Counted from the first letter of the stretch, positions 9,921-19,264 are shown. The stretch: DNA of 64,000 nt from Parcubacteria group bacterium (GCA_041659685.1 JBAZXV010000001.1:97616-161615), one strand, 5' to 3'. Translations and numbers: made by a program. The notes: generated from the letters alone by a model not told the origin.

Positions 9921-10727
9921 ATGAAACAAAATAATCAAACCAAAGTTTTTGCTGCCGGATTCATTCTGGTGATTTTAGTTATAATTTGGTCTCTGGCGCG
10001 CCCTTTTGCGGAGAGAATCGGAGGCGGCAATGAAAACTCCGAGGAAAAAATCAATGCCGAAATATTAAAGGCGCCTTTAATAACTTCGGAGGATTTGCAT
10101 TCCAGAATAGCCGCCAAAGAAAAATTGTTCATAATCGACTTGAGGGGCGCCGGCGAATTTCAAAACGGCCATATTTCCGCTTCCCAAAATTCCTCAGCCG
10201 ATGAAAATGAGATACAGAAAAAAATTTCGGAAGGAGCGGACAAAAATTCTTCGATTATTTTCCTTAATCAGGGAGAAAATGTTTTTGAGGCGGCAAAGAT
10301 AGCCAATGATTTTGTATCAAAGGGATTCGTTAACGCAAAATATCTTCAGGGCGGTTTTTCCTCCTGGCAAAACCAGGCATTTCCCGTCGTATCCGGAGGA
10401 ATCAGCCCTTCTGATGAATCCAAATTGAAGACTGTTGATACGGATCAATTGATTGAAGACCTGGACATCGGAGAAAATGCAATCCAATTTGTTGATGTCA
10501 GGGATCCGGAAAGCTTCCAGAAAGAGCACATAAAAGGGGCTGTTAACATCCCTCTCGAGGACTTGGAGTCTAACTCCGGCAAGATATCCGGCATTAAGAA
10601 AATAATTATTTACGGGAAAGACGAAGATCAGGCCAAAAAGGCGGCCGTGACTCTGTTTGACCTTAATTTTTTTAATGCCTATGTGCTAAAGGGGAATATT
10701 GAGGCCTTAAAAAATTCCGGAAAATAA
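9921..10727 (+). CDS. membrane-anchored tandem rhodanese-domain protein
   Basis: N-terminal TM helix followed by two rhodanese-like segments (FIIDLRGAGEFQNGHI...; FVDVRDPESFQKEHIKGAVNIP). Confidence 0.65.
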   Translation: MKQNNQTKVFAAGFILVILVIIWSLARPFAERIGGGNENSEEKINAEILKAPLITSEDLHSRIAAKEKLFIIDLRGAGEFQNGHISASQNSSADENEIQKKISEGADKNSSIIFLNQGENVFEAAKIANDFVSKGFVNAKYLQGGFSSWQNQAFPVVSGGISPSDESKLKTVDTDQLIEDLDIGENAIQFVDVRDPESFQKEHIKGAVNIPLEDLESNSGKISGIKKIIIYGKDEDQAKKAAVTLFDLNFFNAYVLKGNIEALKNSGK

Positions 10728-10879
10728 GTCCGTATTAAAATTTTCGGCCTCACTTGCCAAAAAATGAAGCTTCCCGAATTTACCTGTCTCGGCGGCAGGC
10801 AGGCCTCGCGGTCTTCATGTGCAAGGGAAGAAAAATCCAAACCCGCTTGGGTCTGGATGATTATGCAGTTGCAATTCAA

Positions 10880-10907
10880 TAAAAAAAGCCTCTCAAGAGA
10901 GAGGCTT
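10880..10907 (-). terminator. intrinsic terminator of groES (stem AGCCTCTC-aaga-GAGAGGCT followed on the minus strand by T7)
   Basis: aaaaaaagcctctcaagagagaggcttttaag; the T-run follows the hairpin on the minus strand just after the groES stop. Confidence 0.65.
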
Positions 10908-10912
10908 TTAAG

Positions 10913-11188
10913 TTATTTCACTATCGCCAGAATATCATCATTTTTTACGAGCAGGTATTCCGTATTTCCGGCTTTAATTTCGTTTCCCGAGTATTTTGAA
11001 TAAATAACTTTCTGTCCTTTCTTCACCTTTATCTTTTTATCATCTCCTACCGCGATAACCATGCCTTCCTGAGACTTTTCTTCGCTGGTGTCCGGGAGAA
11101 CAATTCCGGAAGCAGTTTTGGCGTCAGCCTTCAGGGGTTCGATCAATACGTTTTCCCCCAAAGGCTGGATTGTGGGATCATTTTTCAT
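10913..11188 (-). CDS. groES: co-chaperonin GroES
   Basis: IQPLGENVLIEP...GIVLPD...GMVIAVGDD is classic Cpn10. No groEL follows it in this window. Confidence 0.92.
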   Translation of the reverse strand: MKNDPTIQPLGENVLIEPLKADAKTASGIVLPDTSEEKSQEGMVIAVGDDKKIKVKKGQKVIYSKYSGNEIKAGNTEYLLVKNDDILAIVK

Positions 11189-11224
11189 ATCAAGTAAAAT
11201 TAATTATTATTTGCACCGGATTTT

Positions 11225-11253
11225 ATCTTAACGCGGCGTCCTTTGTCTGTCAA
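11225..11253 (-). promoter_or_regulatory. candidate sigma70-like promoter for groES (TTGACA-17-TAAGAT)
   Basis: Minus strand reads ttgacagacaaaggacgccgcgttaagat ~35 nt upstream of the groES ATG, flanked by a CTTAACG...CGTTAAG inverted repeat. No CIRCE consensus was found. Confidence 0.35.
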
Positions 11254-11278
11254 TTGCCTGAGCGGCTCGTTAAGGGAT

Positions 11279-11539
11279 TTAAATAACCTTTTTTTCAACG
11301 GAGCCTTCGCTTTTTATCTCCTGGTCGGAATACAGCTTGTCTTTAGAAAAAATAAAGATATAAATTATTTCAAGGATTCCTAATGTATTAATGACGAGCA
11401 GAGCCAGATACCAAACAATGCTTTGATTGCGGGCTGCCTTCCAGAGGGCAATTCCCTTCCAAATCAAGCTCCAGACGACAATTGCGGCGATCAGCCATTG
11501 ATTAGCGTAAAGGTAATTAATAATTCCGATCCCGTTCAT
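11279..11539 (-). CDS. small membrane protein (2 TM)
   Basis: 86 aa with two hydrophobic helices rich in W/I/L. Confidence 0.45.
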   Translation of the reverse strand: MNGIGIINYLYANQWLIAAIVVWSLIWKGIALWKAARNQSIVWYLALLVINTLGILEIIYIFIFSKDKLYSDQEIKSEGSVEKKVI

Positions 11540-11574
11540 ATTTCAAAAGGTTAAGAATTACTATGTTATTTTAA

Positions 11575-12453
11575 TCAATTTATTGCTTTAAGGCAAGAAT
11601 TGTATTTTTCCACCTGATTGTTAAAATTTGCCGCCATGGTTTTTGTTTCTTTTACCAGGCCGTTGTAATCCCCGATCATTTTATTATAAGCGCTTACCGC
11701 TTCTTGGTAAGCAGTCTTGTTGCTTGCATCCAAAGAATTAATGTTTTTCTTTTGGCTGTCGATTTTGTCCTTAAGCCCGCTTATTTTATCCTGATTTGCA
11801 TCAATTTCATCTTTTAGCTCCTGACTCACCGGCGGGCAAAATGATGCGCCTGTTCCAAACTCCTGGACAGCCACCCACACCCTGGCGCCTTCGTAGTTTC
11901 CCTCGATAACCGCTACGCCAATTTCGCGAAAACCCGTGTTCAGAATATTTTCCCGGTGTCCGGGACTGTTCATCCAGGCTTCTACCAGCGACTTGTCATT
12001 TTCAAAGCCTCCCAAAGCCAAATTTTCTCCGATGATGAGATACTGGTAATTCACCTGGTCGGCCAGATCGGAAGGTCCGGTTCCATCCGGCGAGATATGG
12101 TCGAAATATTGCTTGTTTATGATATCCTTCGCCTTCAGCATTGCCGACTCATCCAGTTTTTTATTTTCCTTAAGTTCCGAAAGGCTATTGTCTTTTCTCT
12201 GGACGTTCGTCTCGTCGATAGTTCCGCTTCGCGTTAATTTTCCAAGAATGGCTTTCCCATTGGATCTCAATGGAGGAGGGGCATATACCTGCTTTTTAAT
12301 GCTCGAGGCAACGCTTTCGAATCCGCCATTTTCCATCTGCGCCAATTTATTCTCGGCCTTATGCCGAAGATTGTTTAAATCTGGCTTAAAATAAAGGAAA
12401 ATACCGGCAATAATCAAAATTATAGCGCCATAATATATTTTCTTATTAGTCAT
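11575..12453 (-). CDS. membrane-anchored CAP/SCP (YkwD-like) domain protein with coiled-coil tail
   Basis: CAP signature GENLALGG...WMNSPGHRENIL...GVAV...GARVWVAVQEF, with an N-terminal TM. Confidence 0.65.
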   Translation of the reverse strand: MTNKKIYYGAIILIIAGIFLYFKPDLNNLRHKAENKLAQMENGGFESVASSIKKQVYAPPPLRSNGKAILGKLTRSGTIDETNVQRKDNSLSELKENKKLDESAMLKAKDIINKQYFDHISPDGTGPSDLADQVNYQYLIIGENLALGGFENDKSLVEAWMNSPGHRENILNTGFREIGVAVIEGNYEGARVWVAVQEFGTGASFCPPVSQELKDEIDANQDKISGLKDKIDSQKKNINSLDASNKTAYQEAVSAYNKMIGDYNGLVKETKTMAANFNNQVEKYNSCLKAIN

Positions 12454-12616
12454 AGTGAAATGATTTATTGAAATAAAACATATTCAATTATAACAAAAAT
12501 CCCGAATATGCAATACAGACAAACTTACTGTGCCGTTCAAACCGAAAAAACGGCTCGGATTTGGCTGAGTCCTAAAATTTTAATAATTCGTCAGGAGAAA
12601 AAATGTCAGATGCGAT

Positions 12617-12886
12617 TTAATCTCCGAATTTATATCTCTTTTTTATTTTTTGGCTGATTTTCCAAACGCAAGAAAGTCCGGACTCAAAAATCACCCAGTC
12701 CCCTTTTCCAAAACCGGCGCTTTCATTCCCGTCATCCGAAATAACTTCGGCCGCACCCTCAAGAATAAGACAGGTCTCTTTCCGGTCGTATTTCCAGGAA
12801 AATTCGGAAGGCTCCTTTTCCCACGTCGGCCAGCTTTCCGCCATTTTAATTTCTTCCGCAGTCGGATGTTTTACTTCAATTTTCAT
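12617..12886 (-). CDS. small cupin-fold protein
   Basis: 89-aa beta-rich sequence with a cupin_3-like pattern (WPTWEKEPSEFSWKYDRKETCLILEG...GDWVIF). Confidence 0.5.
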   Translation of the reverse strand: MKIEVKHPTAEEIKMAESWPTWEKEPSEFSWKYDRKETCLILEGAAEVISDDGNESAGFGKGDWVIFESGLSCVWKISQKIKKRYKFGD

Positions 12887-12907
12887 TTTTTGTTATTTCT
12901 GAACAAA

Positions 12908-13675
12908 TTATTTCTTTGGGTATCCGTCGGTTTGAATCTCCCATTTCTGTTGAAACTCCTGGCTGGTTCGATAGTCGAAAAAAACAGGCTTGAGCTTTCC
13001 GCCTTTTTCGAAAAGAGCGAACTCGTAGTATCCGGGATTATACTTTGTGTCGTATCGTTCCCCGGTGTGAGGAATTGCCTGAAGCGCGTTGTAAGCCGCT
13101 TGCCGCAGTTCGGGATCATCAAATGAGTATCTCATAATCCCATTGTGTCTGTCCTGCCTGGCGATATATTCAATTGCGGCTGCTCCTGATCCGATATCGG
13201 ACTGCCTTCCTTCTTTGAACTCGATCCAGATTTCGTTTTTTTCTCCGATTATTATGGTTCCGCCGAATTTGTTCGCGTATTCTTCCAGCTTTATTTCTAC
13301 AAGGCGGGATTTTTCAGGTGAAACCATTCTTCCTATAAACTCAAAAACTTGTTTCTTTGTTATATCAATTTGCGTGCACCTTTTGAAAATAAGATCTTTA
13401 TTATCCGGGTCATTTGGATTAATCGGATCCAGCGAGACAAAATATTTTCCGGGAGGAAGTTGGGAAAAATACATCTCGGGATCCTTAAGAAAGCCGACAA
13501 GGTCAGTCGTTACGAGCTCGGCCGTAGGAAGTCCCAATTCTCTGATTCTGCGAAGGCCTTCTCGTCGGTCTTCAGTGAGGGCTTCCGCGAGTTTTGGATA
13601 CATTTCCCTGAGTCTGGGATCTCTCGCCCAGTCATTGCTTTTAGACATTTTTTTTAGAGTTCCTTCTCTTTCCAT
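12908..13675 (-). CDS. hypothetical protein (255 aa), no recognisable family
   Basis: Long ORF with coding-like composition, co-oriented between the flavodoxin and cupin genes. Confidence 0.5.
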   Translation of the reverse strand: MEREGTLKKMSKSNDWARDPRLREMYPKLAEALTEDRREGLRRIRELGLPTAELVTTDLVGFLKDPEMYFSQLPPGKYFVSLDPINPNDPDNKDLIFKRCTQIDITKKQVFEFIGRMVSPEKSRLVEIKLEEYANKFGGTIIIGEKNEIWIEFKEGRQSDIGSGAAAIEYIARQDRHNGIMRYSFDDPELRQAAYNALQAIPHTGERYDTKYNPGYYEFALFEKGGKLKPVFFDYRTSQEFQQKWEIQTDGYPKK

Positions 13676-13697
13676 ATAAAAAGCAAAATATAAATAA

Positions 13698-14171
13698 CTA
13701 TTTCTCTTTGATGGAGTTTACAAATTCATTCACCTTTTCCTCGAAACCTCCGGTTGCCACGTTTTTTGTCATAAGAGAAAGAACATCTTTCGGTTTTTTC
13801 TCGATTATTTCTTCCATTTCTGAAAAAGCGCGTTCGTCTCCGGATCCGCCCATCGTACAGAAAAAGGCGGCATTCTTGATGTTATCCTTCTGATCAGTCA
13901 CAAAAGTTCTCACGGGAGCTGACATATTCCATCCCCAAATAGGCGTTCCGATTATCAAGAGGTCATATTCAGCCAGGTTTTTTTGAAGAGGCATGAGTTT
14001 CGTGAGTCTTTTCTTCATCGCGTCTCTCCCTGACTTCAAATATCCCTTCACTCCGCTGCGATCCACCGTATCTTTTATTTCCTCGATATCCGCGCCCATT
14101 TTTTCGGCGATCATTTCAGCGACTTTTTTGGTGGTGCCGGTGCGGCTGTAATATATGACAAGAGTTTTCAT
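13698..14171 (-). CDS. flavodoxin-like / NAD(P)H-dependent FMN reductase family protein
   Basis: MKTLVIYYSRTGTTKKVAE...IIGTPIWGWNMS, a flavodoxin-like fold. Confidence 0.7.
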   Translation of the reverse strand: MKTLVIYYSRTGTTKKVAEMIAEKMGADIEEIKDTVDRSGVKGYLKSGRDAMKKRLTKLMPLQKNLAEYDLLIIGTPIWGWNMSAPVRTFVTDQKDNIKNAAFFCTMGGSGDERAFSEMEEIIEKKPKDVLSLMTKNVATGGFEEKVNEFVNSIKEK

Positions 14172-14251
14172 AAAAATTTTCTATGGCTTATATCTTTAAT
14201 AATATATAAATACAAAGATAAATACCAGCCTCTGAGAAAATGCAGAAGTTA

Positions 14252-14280
14252 AAAGGCGTTCACATCGTGTGAACGCCTTT
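14252..14280 (-). terminator. stem-loop terminator (AAAGGCGTTCACA-tcg-TGTGAACGCCTTT) after the 14300-14758 gene
   Basis: Perfect 13-bp stem read in the sequence, with A/T-rich flanks. Confidence 0.55.
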
Positions 14281-14299
14281 CGCTTGCCGAGTTAACGCT

Positions 14300-14758
14300 C
14301 TAACCCGGCAGATTTAATACTTCTTTACTCCGGAATTTTCCGAAGAATCTCCGGAGCCAGCTTCCTTCAGGCTCACTGGAGATTTCCCTGGGCGGCCGCG
14401 GAATCGGGCTGCCCATCTTCCAAAACCCTCCGGCAATCAGTCCGGCAATGAAAACTCCGGCGCAGATAAGGAATAGCGCGAGCGGGTTCCAATACCAGGG
14501 AGCCTTGGGATAAATATAGATTACTTTGGTCCCTTTGAAGGGAGCTTTCTTGGGAGCCGGAGCCTTTTTAGCCAAAAGATGCGGTGTCCCAATCTTCTTC
14601 GCAGGTTGCTTAACTGTCTTGGGAACAGTTTTTTTGGCCATAGCCGTTTTATTTGATTTAACTTCGGGCTGTCTGGCCGCCGCCGAAATTACAAACGGCG
14701 AAGAAAAAATAATAAAAAGAACTGCGCTTCCCCAAATGATAAATAGTTTTTTCATCAT
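14300..14758 (-). CDS. secreted/membrane Lys-rich hypothetical protein
   Basis: Signal peptide-like N-terminus, a KKAPAPKKAP repeat-like region and a second TM. Confidence 0.5.
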   Translation of the reverse strand: MMKKLFIIWGSAVLFIIFSSPFVISAAARQPEVKSNKTAMAKKTVPKTVKQPAKKIGTPHLLAKKAPAPKKAPFKGTKVIYIYPKAPWYWNPLALFLICAGVFIAGLIAGGFWKMGSPIPRPPREISSEPEGSWLRRFFGKFRSKEVLNLPG

Positions 14759-14992
14759 TCTCCCCCGAGAATAGAATTAACGGCTTCTTAAATTACTGCC
14801 GTCCCTAAATCACCGGAAAATTATAGTGACTAAGAGCCGGCAATAACCTTCCAAAAACATGCTTAACTGTTTATTATACTCCTAAACAAGTCATTTGTCA
14901 AGCAAAAAAATTAGATTATTTATCCTTTTATAAAGCAAAAAACAGCCGTTTAATTCGAGTTATTTTCTTGCTTTGGGATATTTGAGCAGGCC

Positions 14993-15775
14993 CTAAGCGC
15001 TCTTAAGATAGGTTTCAACAGCCCGAGCGATGCCGGAAGCTGCTTTCTCCGGTTGATCCGCTATTATTTCTCTATCTGAAGGATCAGTCAAAAAACCGGT
15101 TTCGATGATTGCTGCCGGTGTATTTGGACTGATAGAATGTTCAAAACGCCGGTAATTAAAGGCGTAATATCCGCGCATGTCGCGTGTTACATTGGGATCG
15201 ACTTTAAGTTTCGTCGCGCCGCCGTAAATTTTTTCAAGATCGTTTGCCAGCTCAGCCCCCTTGCCGGTCGGATCATTCCAGGGGGAAGCAACCTTAAACC
15301 CCGAAACGCTGGAGTCTGCATTTCCATCCGCATGAATGGCGACAAATAAATCCGCCTGATAATCGGCAGGAACCGTGGCCGGCAAGACATCGACGGTATA
15401 CCCGTTATCCCTGAGAATTTTTGCCGCGTTTTGAGCAATGGCGAGATTAACCTCCCATTCTGATTTTCCTCCTCCGCTTGTTCCCCCGCCATATTGCCGA
15501 AGATTTGCGAGTTCATCGGGCAGTTCGCCGTTTTTCCAGTGGCCTGCCTGAAGGCCAATTCTAATATCGCTCGCAGGGCGCGATGCCTCAGCAAGCGTTG
15601 ATTGGGGTTTTTCTTCGCTATTTTCAGCAGAGCCAGGCAATCCGAAATCCGCTTTTGTTTTATATTTGGCAAAAATAGAAAAAAGGAAAAGGAGGGCAAC
15701 AAGAAAAATAGCCGCTGGTCGGATGTAATTACGCATATATATTATAAAGCATTTAAATTTTAAAAATATCGGCAT
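14993..15775 (-). CDS. N-acetylmuramoyl-L-alanine amidase (Amidase_3 family)
   Basis: RIGLQAGH...EWEVNL...LFVAIHADG pattern, with an N-terminal TM anchor. Confidence 0.75.
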   Translation of the reverse strand: MPIFLKFKCFIIYMRNYIRPAAIFLVALLFLFSIFAKYKTKADFGLPGSAENSEEKPQSTLAEASRPASDIRIGLQAGHWKNGELPDELANLRQYGGGTSGGGKSEWEVNLAIAQNAAKILRDNGYTVDVLPATVPADYQADLFVAIHADGNADSSVSGFKVASPWNDPTGKGAELANDLEKIYGGATKLKVDPNVTRDMRGYYAFNYRRFEHSISPNTPAAIIETGFLTDPSDREIIADQPEKAASGIARAVETYLKSA

Positions 15776-15841
15776 TTCAGCACAACAGACTATTACGCCT
15801 GTTTCTCAAAGCCGCTTTCTTTCCGGAGAACTCGCGGGAAA

Positions 15842-16219
15842 TTATCCCCTGCCGGCTTTTTGCGCTCCCTTCTCGTCAGAGCCGAAGTGATGAGCGATTT
15901 CATGCCGGACGGTTTTGAAGATTTGATTTTTGAGCTCTTCTTTTGTCGAGGAGATGTTTTCCAGGGGTTTTTTGAAAATGGTAATTCGGTCCGGAAGAAC
16001 AGGGCCGGAATCGAGGCGCTTTGACTGATGATAGCCTTCATAAAGTCCGAGGAGCAGAATATCTTTTTTACCCTGCAGTCTGGCTTTTTTAAGTTGCTCC
16101 CTGTCGGGATTATCTTCAACAAAAAAAGCCAGATTATTAATCCTCTTCTGGAATTTTTCCGGTAATCCGTCGATAGCCTCAGCCACCCATTTTTCAAATT
16201 GTTCTTTAGCGACTTGCAT
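15842..16219 (-). CDS. small zinc metallopeptidase-like protein (HExxH)
   Basis: HEIAHH motif near the C-terminus (TVRHEIAHHFG). The overlapping 15793-16263 ORF was judged a shadow. Confidence 0.55.
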   Translation of the reverse strand: MQVAKEQFEKWVAEAIDGLPEKFQKRINNLAFFVEDNPDREQLKKARLQGKKDILLLGLYEGYHQSKRLDSGPVLPDRITIFKKPLENISSTKEELKNQIFKTVRHEIAHHFGSDEKGAQKAGRG

Positions 16220-16264
16220 AATCGATTTGAATTTGTATGGTCATTATACTGTTTTTTTGCCAAA

Positions 16265-16292
16265 CAAAAAACCCGCGCGAAGCGGGTCTTTT
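16265..16292 (-). terminator. intrinsic terminator of cspA (ACCCGC-gcgaa-GCGGGT plus T6 on the minus strand)
   Basis: Minus strand reads aaaagacccgcttcgcgcgggtttttt directly after the csp stop. Confidence 0.65.
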
Positions 16293-16303
16293 GCTATACA
16301 AGA

Positions 16304-16507
16304 TTATTGAATTCTTGATACATTGGTCGCGTTCGGTCCCTTAGGGCCTTCGCTAACCTCGAACTGAACCTTGTCGCCTTCTTTCAAATCATTGAACTCC
16401 ACTCCTTGAAGTTCTTTTGAATGAAAGAAAAGATCTTTGTCACTACCATCTACGGTAATGAATCCGAATCCGCGATCAGTCAGTTTCTTGATTGTTCCTT
16501 GTTGCAT
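16304..16507 (-). CDS. cspA: cold-shock protein (CspA family)
   Basis: GTIKKLTDRGFGFIT...FFH is a canonical CSD. A long (~95 nt) 5' leader is typical of csp genes. Confidence 0.92.
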   Translation of the reverse strand: MQQGTIKKLTDRGFGFITVDGSDKDLFFHSKELQGVEFNDLKEGDKVQFEVSEGPKGPNATNVSRIQ

Positions 16508-16602
16508 TTTTTCTTTCGCTATTTTAGTTAACTATCATCCGTCGCTATGCAAAAGAAAGTTCGACTACACTAATGTTGCATGCACTATGATATGATAAGA
16601 CA

Positions 16603-16631
16603 ATGGTAGCAGAACTGAAGATTTTTGTCAA
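16603..16631 (-). promoter_or_regulatory. candidate csp promoter (TTGACA-17-TACCAT)
   Basis: Read on the minus strand upstream of a long leader. The -10 match is weak. Confidence 0.3.
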
Positions 16632-16783
16632 GTAAATATATTATGCCTTGTTTATCATATATTTTGACCCGCTTTCCAGCGAATTATGGGAAAAATTGAT
16701 TTCAACTCTGAACCCCCAAGCTTATTTTGCCAATTCCGTGAACAAAAACCAGTCCGGAGGGGTTCGGGGCAATATTAATGATA

Positions 16784-16818
16784 AAACGGGAAAACCGATA
16801 AGTCCGGTTTTCCCGTTT
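16784..16818 (-). terminator. 14-bp perfect stem-loop (AAACGGGAAAACCG-ataagtc-CGGTTTTCCCGTTT) downstream of the 16844-17275 gene
   Basis: Perfect inverted repeat read in the sequence, U-rich on both strands. Confidence 0.5.
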
Positions 16819-16843
16819 TGTGCAGGCTGTCAGCCGCGCCATA

Positions 16844-17275
16844 TCAATGGCCGCCCGGATTTGCTCCCGATAAAATGCGGGCGGGCTCCATTCCCGCCTC
16901 AGCCATACGATCCAAGATTGCGGTCGCGATCTGATCGGGTGGCCGAATTGCCTCGATAGACCCGAATAGAGTGACGATATCCCCTTTTGCGGATGAATAA
17001 TAATACAGGGAATAATCCACCAATCTTTTCTGAAGGCTAATTTTGACGTCGGGTTTCCCGGCATAACGAACGGAACCAGCGCTTTTCCACTCGAACTTTC
17101 CCAGGCAAAGAATCACCTCCTTCGCTTTTTGCGCCTGGCCATCCGAGTGAGTTATTTGCATTATTCTGCCGTTTTTCCTCAACTCTGTGGTCCGGTTTTC
17201 TCCACTGAAAACCGTCGAACAGGTGAAGATCAGCAGAAATGCAAGAGTCAAAGAGCAATATCTCGCGGTCTTCAT
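16844..17275 (-). CDS. secreted/lipoprotein-like hypothetical protein; the 3' part is unusually GC-rich
   Basis: Signal peptide MKTARYCSLTLAFLLIFTCS. The overlapping 16648-16959 and 16702-17064 ORFs were rejected. Confidence 0.45.
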   Translation of the reverse strand: MKTARYCSLTLAFLLIFTCSTVFSGENRTTELRKNGRIMQITHSDGQAQKAKEVILCLGKFEWKSAGSVRYAGKPDVKISLQKRLVDYSLYYYSSAKGDIVTLFGSIEAIRPPDQIATAILDRMAEAGMEPARILSGANPGGH

Positions 17276-17494
17276 TTTGAATCCATCCTTTTCAATGAAT
17301 TTAGAAACGGCAAAATAAGACCCCCTATGATATCACAGGAAATTAATTTGTCAATGATAATTACGCATGTTTAAAACAAAAAATACCGAAGAAATCGGCG
17401 AGTGCGACGAGGGCATTCTCTTTTTCTCCGTCTGTATCGGAGCCGCGGTAGCATGTTTTTTCCGGAACACGGCGCCGGAACCGGAACCAACAGA

Positions 17495-17914
17495 CTAATC
17501 TAAAAATCTTTTAATTCTAAGCCCTATCGCTTCCAATATTTCGGGCGGCAGAGTAAAATCATGGTCTGTCCGGTAACTGTGTCCCCATCTTTCGTCCTTA
17601 AAGGAAACTCCTTCAAATTCCTTTTCTGAAGAATATCGGGGGACGACATGCGCGTGAAGGTGTCTCGTCCCATTTCCCAGGAAGGCGTAGTTCATCCAGT
17701 CCGGCCGAAATGCGCTTTCGATCGCCTTTTTCAGGTTTTTCAAGATACGAAACAATTCTTCCTGCTCCTCCTTCGTTGCGTCAGTCATGTCCAAGGCATT
17801 TTCTCTTTTACACCAGATGACGCATCTTCCCAAATAACTCTGGTTGCTGTGTGTCAAAACCGTCCAATACTCAAAGTCCTTTATTATATTTTTAGAGTAA
17901 TTTTCCATTTTCAT
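17495..17914 (-). CDS. HIT-family (histidine triad) hydrolase
   Basis: HLHAHVVPR histidine-triad motif. Confidence 0.7.
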   Translation of the reverse strand: MKMENYSKNIIKDFEYWTVLTHSNQSYLGRCVIWCKRENALDMTDATKEEQEELFRILKNLKKAIESAFRPDWMNYAFLGNGTRHLHAHVVPRYSSEKEFEGVSFKDERWGHSYRTDHDFTLPPEILEAIGLRIKRFLD

Positions 17915-17979
17915 CTTAATTTTAGGGCGCCTATAAATTTCCGGCTCCAGGGTTTGGATGTTATCATAACTTGATGCTT

Positions 17980-18240
17980 TTATTTTTTCCCTTTGATCAA
18001 GCGGATTTTTTCAATTCTTTTCATTTTCTTGATCCGGGCTTCTTCTTTGGAGGCGGATGACCTGTTTTTGAATTTTTTCGAATACACGAGCCTCACCGGG
18101 CGGCGCGAGGAAGTATATTTCGCGCCCAGTTTGGCGCCTCCGTGTTCAATGATCCGCCGCGCGAGATCGGTGGTGATTCCGGTGTATAAAGTTTCATCGG
18201 CGCATTCAAGGATATATAGATAGTACATATTTTTCTTCAT
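17980..18240 (-). CDS. GIY-YIG nuclease-domain protein (UPF0213-like)
   Basis: YYLYILECADETLYTGITTDLARRIIEH, a GIY-YIG signature. Confidence 0.75.
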   Translation of the reverse strand: MKKNMYYLYILECADETLYTGITTDLARRIIEHGGAKLGAKYTSSRRPVRLVYSKKFKNRSSASKEEARIKKMKRIEKIRLIKGKK

Positions 18241-18249
18241 CTTTTCCGG

Positions 18250-18654
18250 CTAATTCACGCCGTGTTCCATGAAGCATTCGGCATATTTCCGGTCCATTTT
18301 TTCCAGATGATTCTCCAGCCAGTCATTTAAAAAATAAACGACGTTGCCATAAAAATCGATTTCTTTTCCGGTCTCCTGATTTTTTATTCTTTTGATTTCA
18401 TCTCTCATCTTTTGATGCATAAACTTATGCTCTTTTGCTCCTTCATAATTGAATTTATCAAAATATTTTTCTTCAGTGGTAAAATGCTCTTCGGCGTAAT
18501 CAGAAAGCACCTGGAAAAGATGTTCCAGTTTTTGTTGACCCTTATTCGATATGACTGCGCCATATAGGTCGTTAAGGAGGGTGATGAAATACCTGTGCTG
18601 CTGGTCAATTTCACTTACTCCGATACTATATTCATCTTTCCACCTAATTTCCAT
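18250..18654 (-). CDS. hemerythrin-like metal-binding protein
   Basis: W-D-x-Y-x-G-V-x-E-ID-x-QH...H...H...FLNDWLENH, the hemerythrin His/Glu ligand pattern. Confidence 0.75.
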   Translation of the reverse strand: MEIRWKDEYSIGVSEIDQQHRYFITLLNDLYGAVISNKGQQKLEHLFQVLSDYAEEHFTTEEKYFDKFNYEGAKEHKFMHQKMRDEIKRIKNQETGKEIDFYGNVVYFLNDWLENHLEKMDRKYAECFMEHGVN

Positions 18655-18663
18655 AATATTAAA

Positions 18664-19110
18664 TTAGCAGTTAATGGCAAGCCTGGATGTCGAAAGCCGG
18701 CCAAAGAATTTTTCCGGATCGATGAAATTCGAGATGTTTTTAAGATCTACGCTTTTGCGGCTGATGTCGACATGAAGGTGCGGTCCCCTCGTAAGTTTCC
18801 CGGTGTTTCCAGTATAGCCGATAATCGCGCCCTCCTTATATTTTCCGACTGCGGAATATTTTGAAAGGTGCATAAAGCGCATCACAATCTCGCCGTAGTC
18901 CCGGACCGCAAAACTGGCATGGACGGTTTTTCCGCCTTCGGGAAAATCTCCGGCCCTTATGATTTCGCAGTCGTGCGGAGCGTATACGGGAGTTCCTTTA
19001 TTCACAAAATAATCGACACCAAGATGAAAATCGGAATAAAAAGTCTTCTCGCCGAATTTGTATCCCCGCTTGATTTTTCTCCAATTTTTCAAAGGATACC
19101 GCATAATCAA
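18664..19110 (-). CDS. M23 (LytM-type) peptidase domain protein
   Basis: HLGVDY...GYTGNTG...GPHLHVD, the M23 HxxxD/HxH motifs. Confidence 0.8.
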   Translation of the reverse strand: MIMRYPLKNWRKIKRGYKFGEKTFYSDFHLGVDYFVNKGTPVYAPHDCEIIRAGDFPEGGKTVHASFAVRDYGEIVMRFMHLSKYSAVGKYKEGAIIGYTGNTGKLTRGPHLHVDISRKSVDLKNISNFIDPEKFFGRLSTSRLAINC

Positions 19111-19264
19111 GGCTGTTTACTCTCGAAATTCGATATTTTCCTGTTATTTTATCAAAAAATGCTCAATTTTTCAAACAACATGACAGGCCGCAATTATAAG
19201 ATTTTCTATAATCCCTTGACCGTTTGATTTTGTGTTGCTTGTCTTCTTCTACTGAGATCGGCTG

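Noticed and set aside
10780-10870. GC-rich 90-bp stretch between the rhodanese gene and groES as a small RNA (SRP/tmRNA/6S)
   Set aside because: It has no SRP (GGAAGCAGCC-like) or tmRNA consensus blocks. It contains only a short imperfect hairpin (TCCAAACCC-gctt-GGGTCTGGA). Possibly just the 3' structure of the rhodanese transcript.
10764-11003. 79-aa plus-strand ORF spanning the groES terminator and groES 3' end
   Set aside because: It overlaps a clear terminator hairpin and the groES coding region in antisense. No RBS.
16648-17064. ORFs 16648-16959 (+) and 16702-17064 (-) in the GC-rich patch
   Set aside because: They overlap each other and the better-supported signal-peptide ORF 16844-17275, and span a strong terminator hairpin. 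Pro/Arg-rich composition is typical of GC-driven spurious frames.
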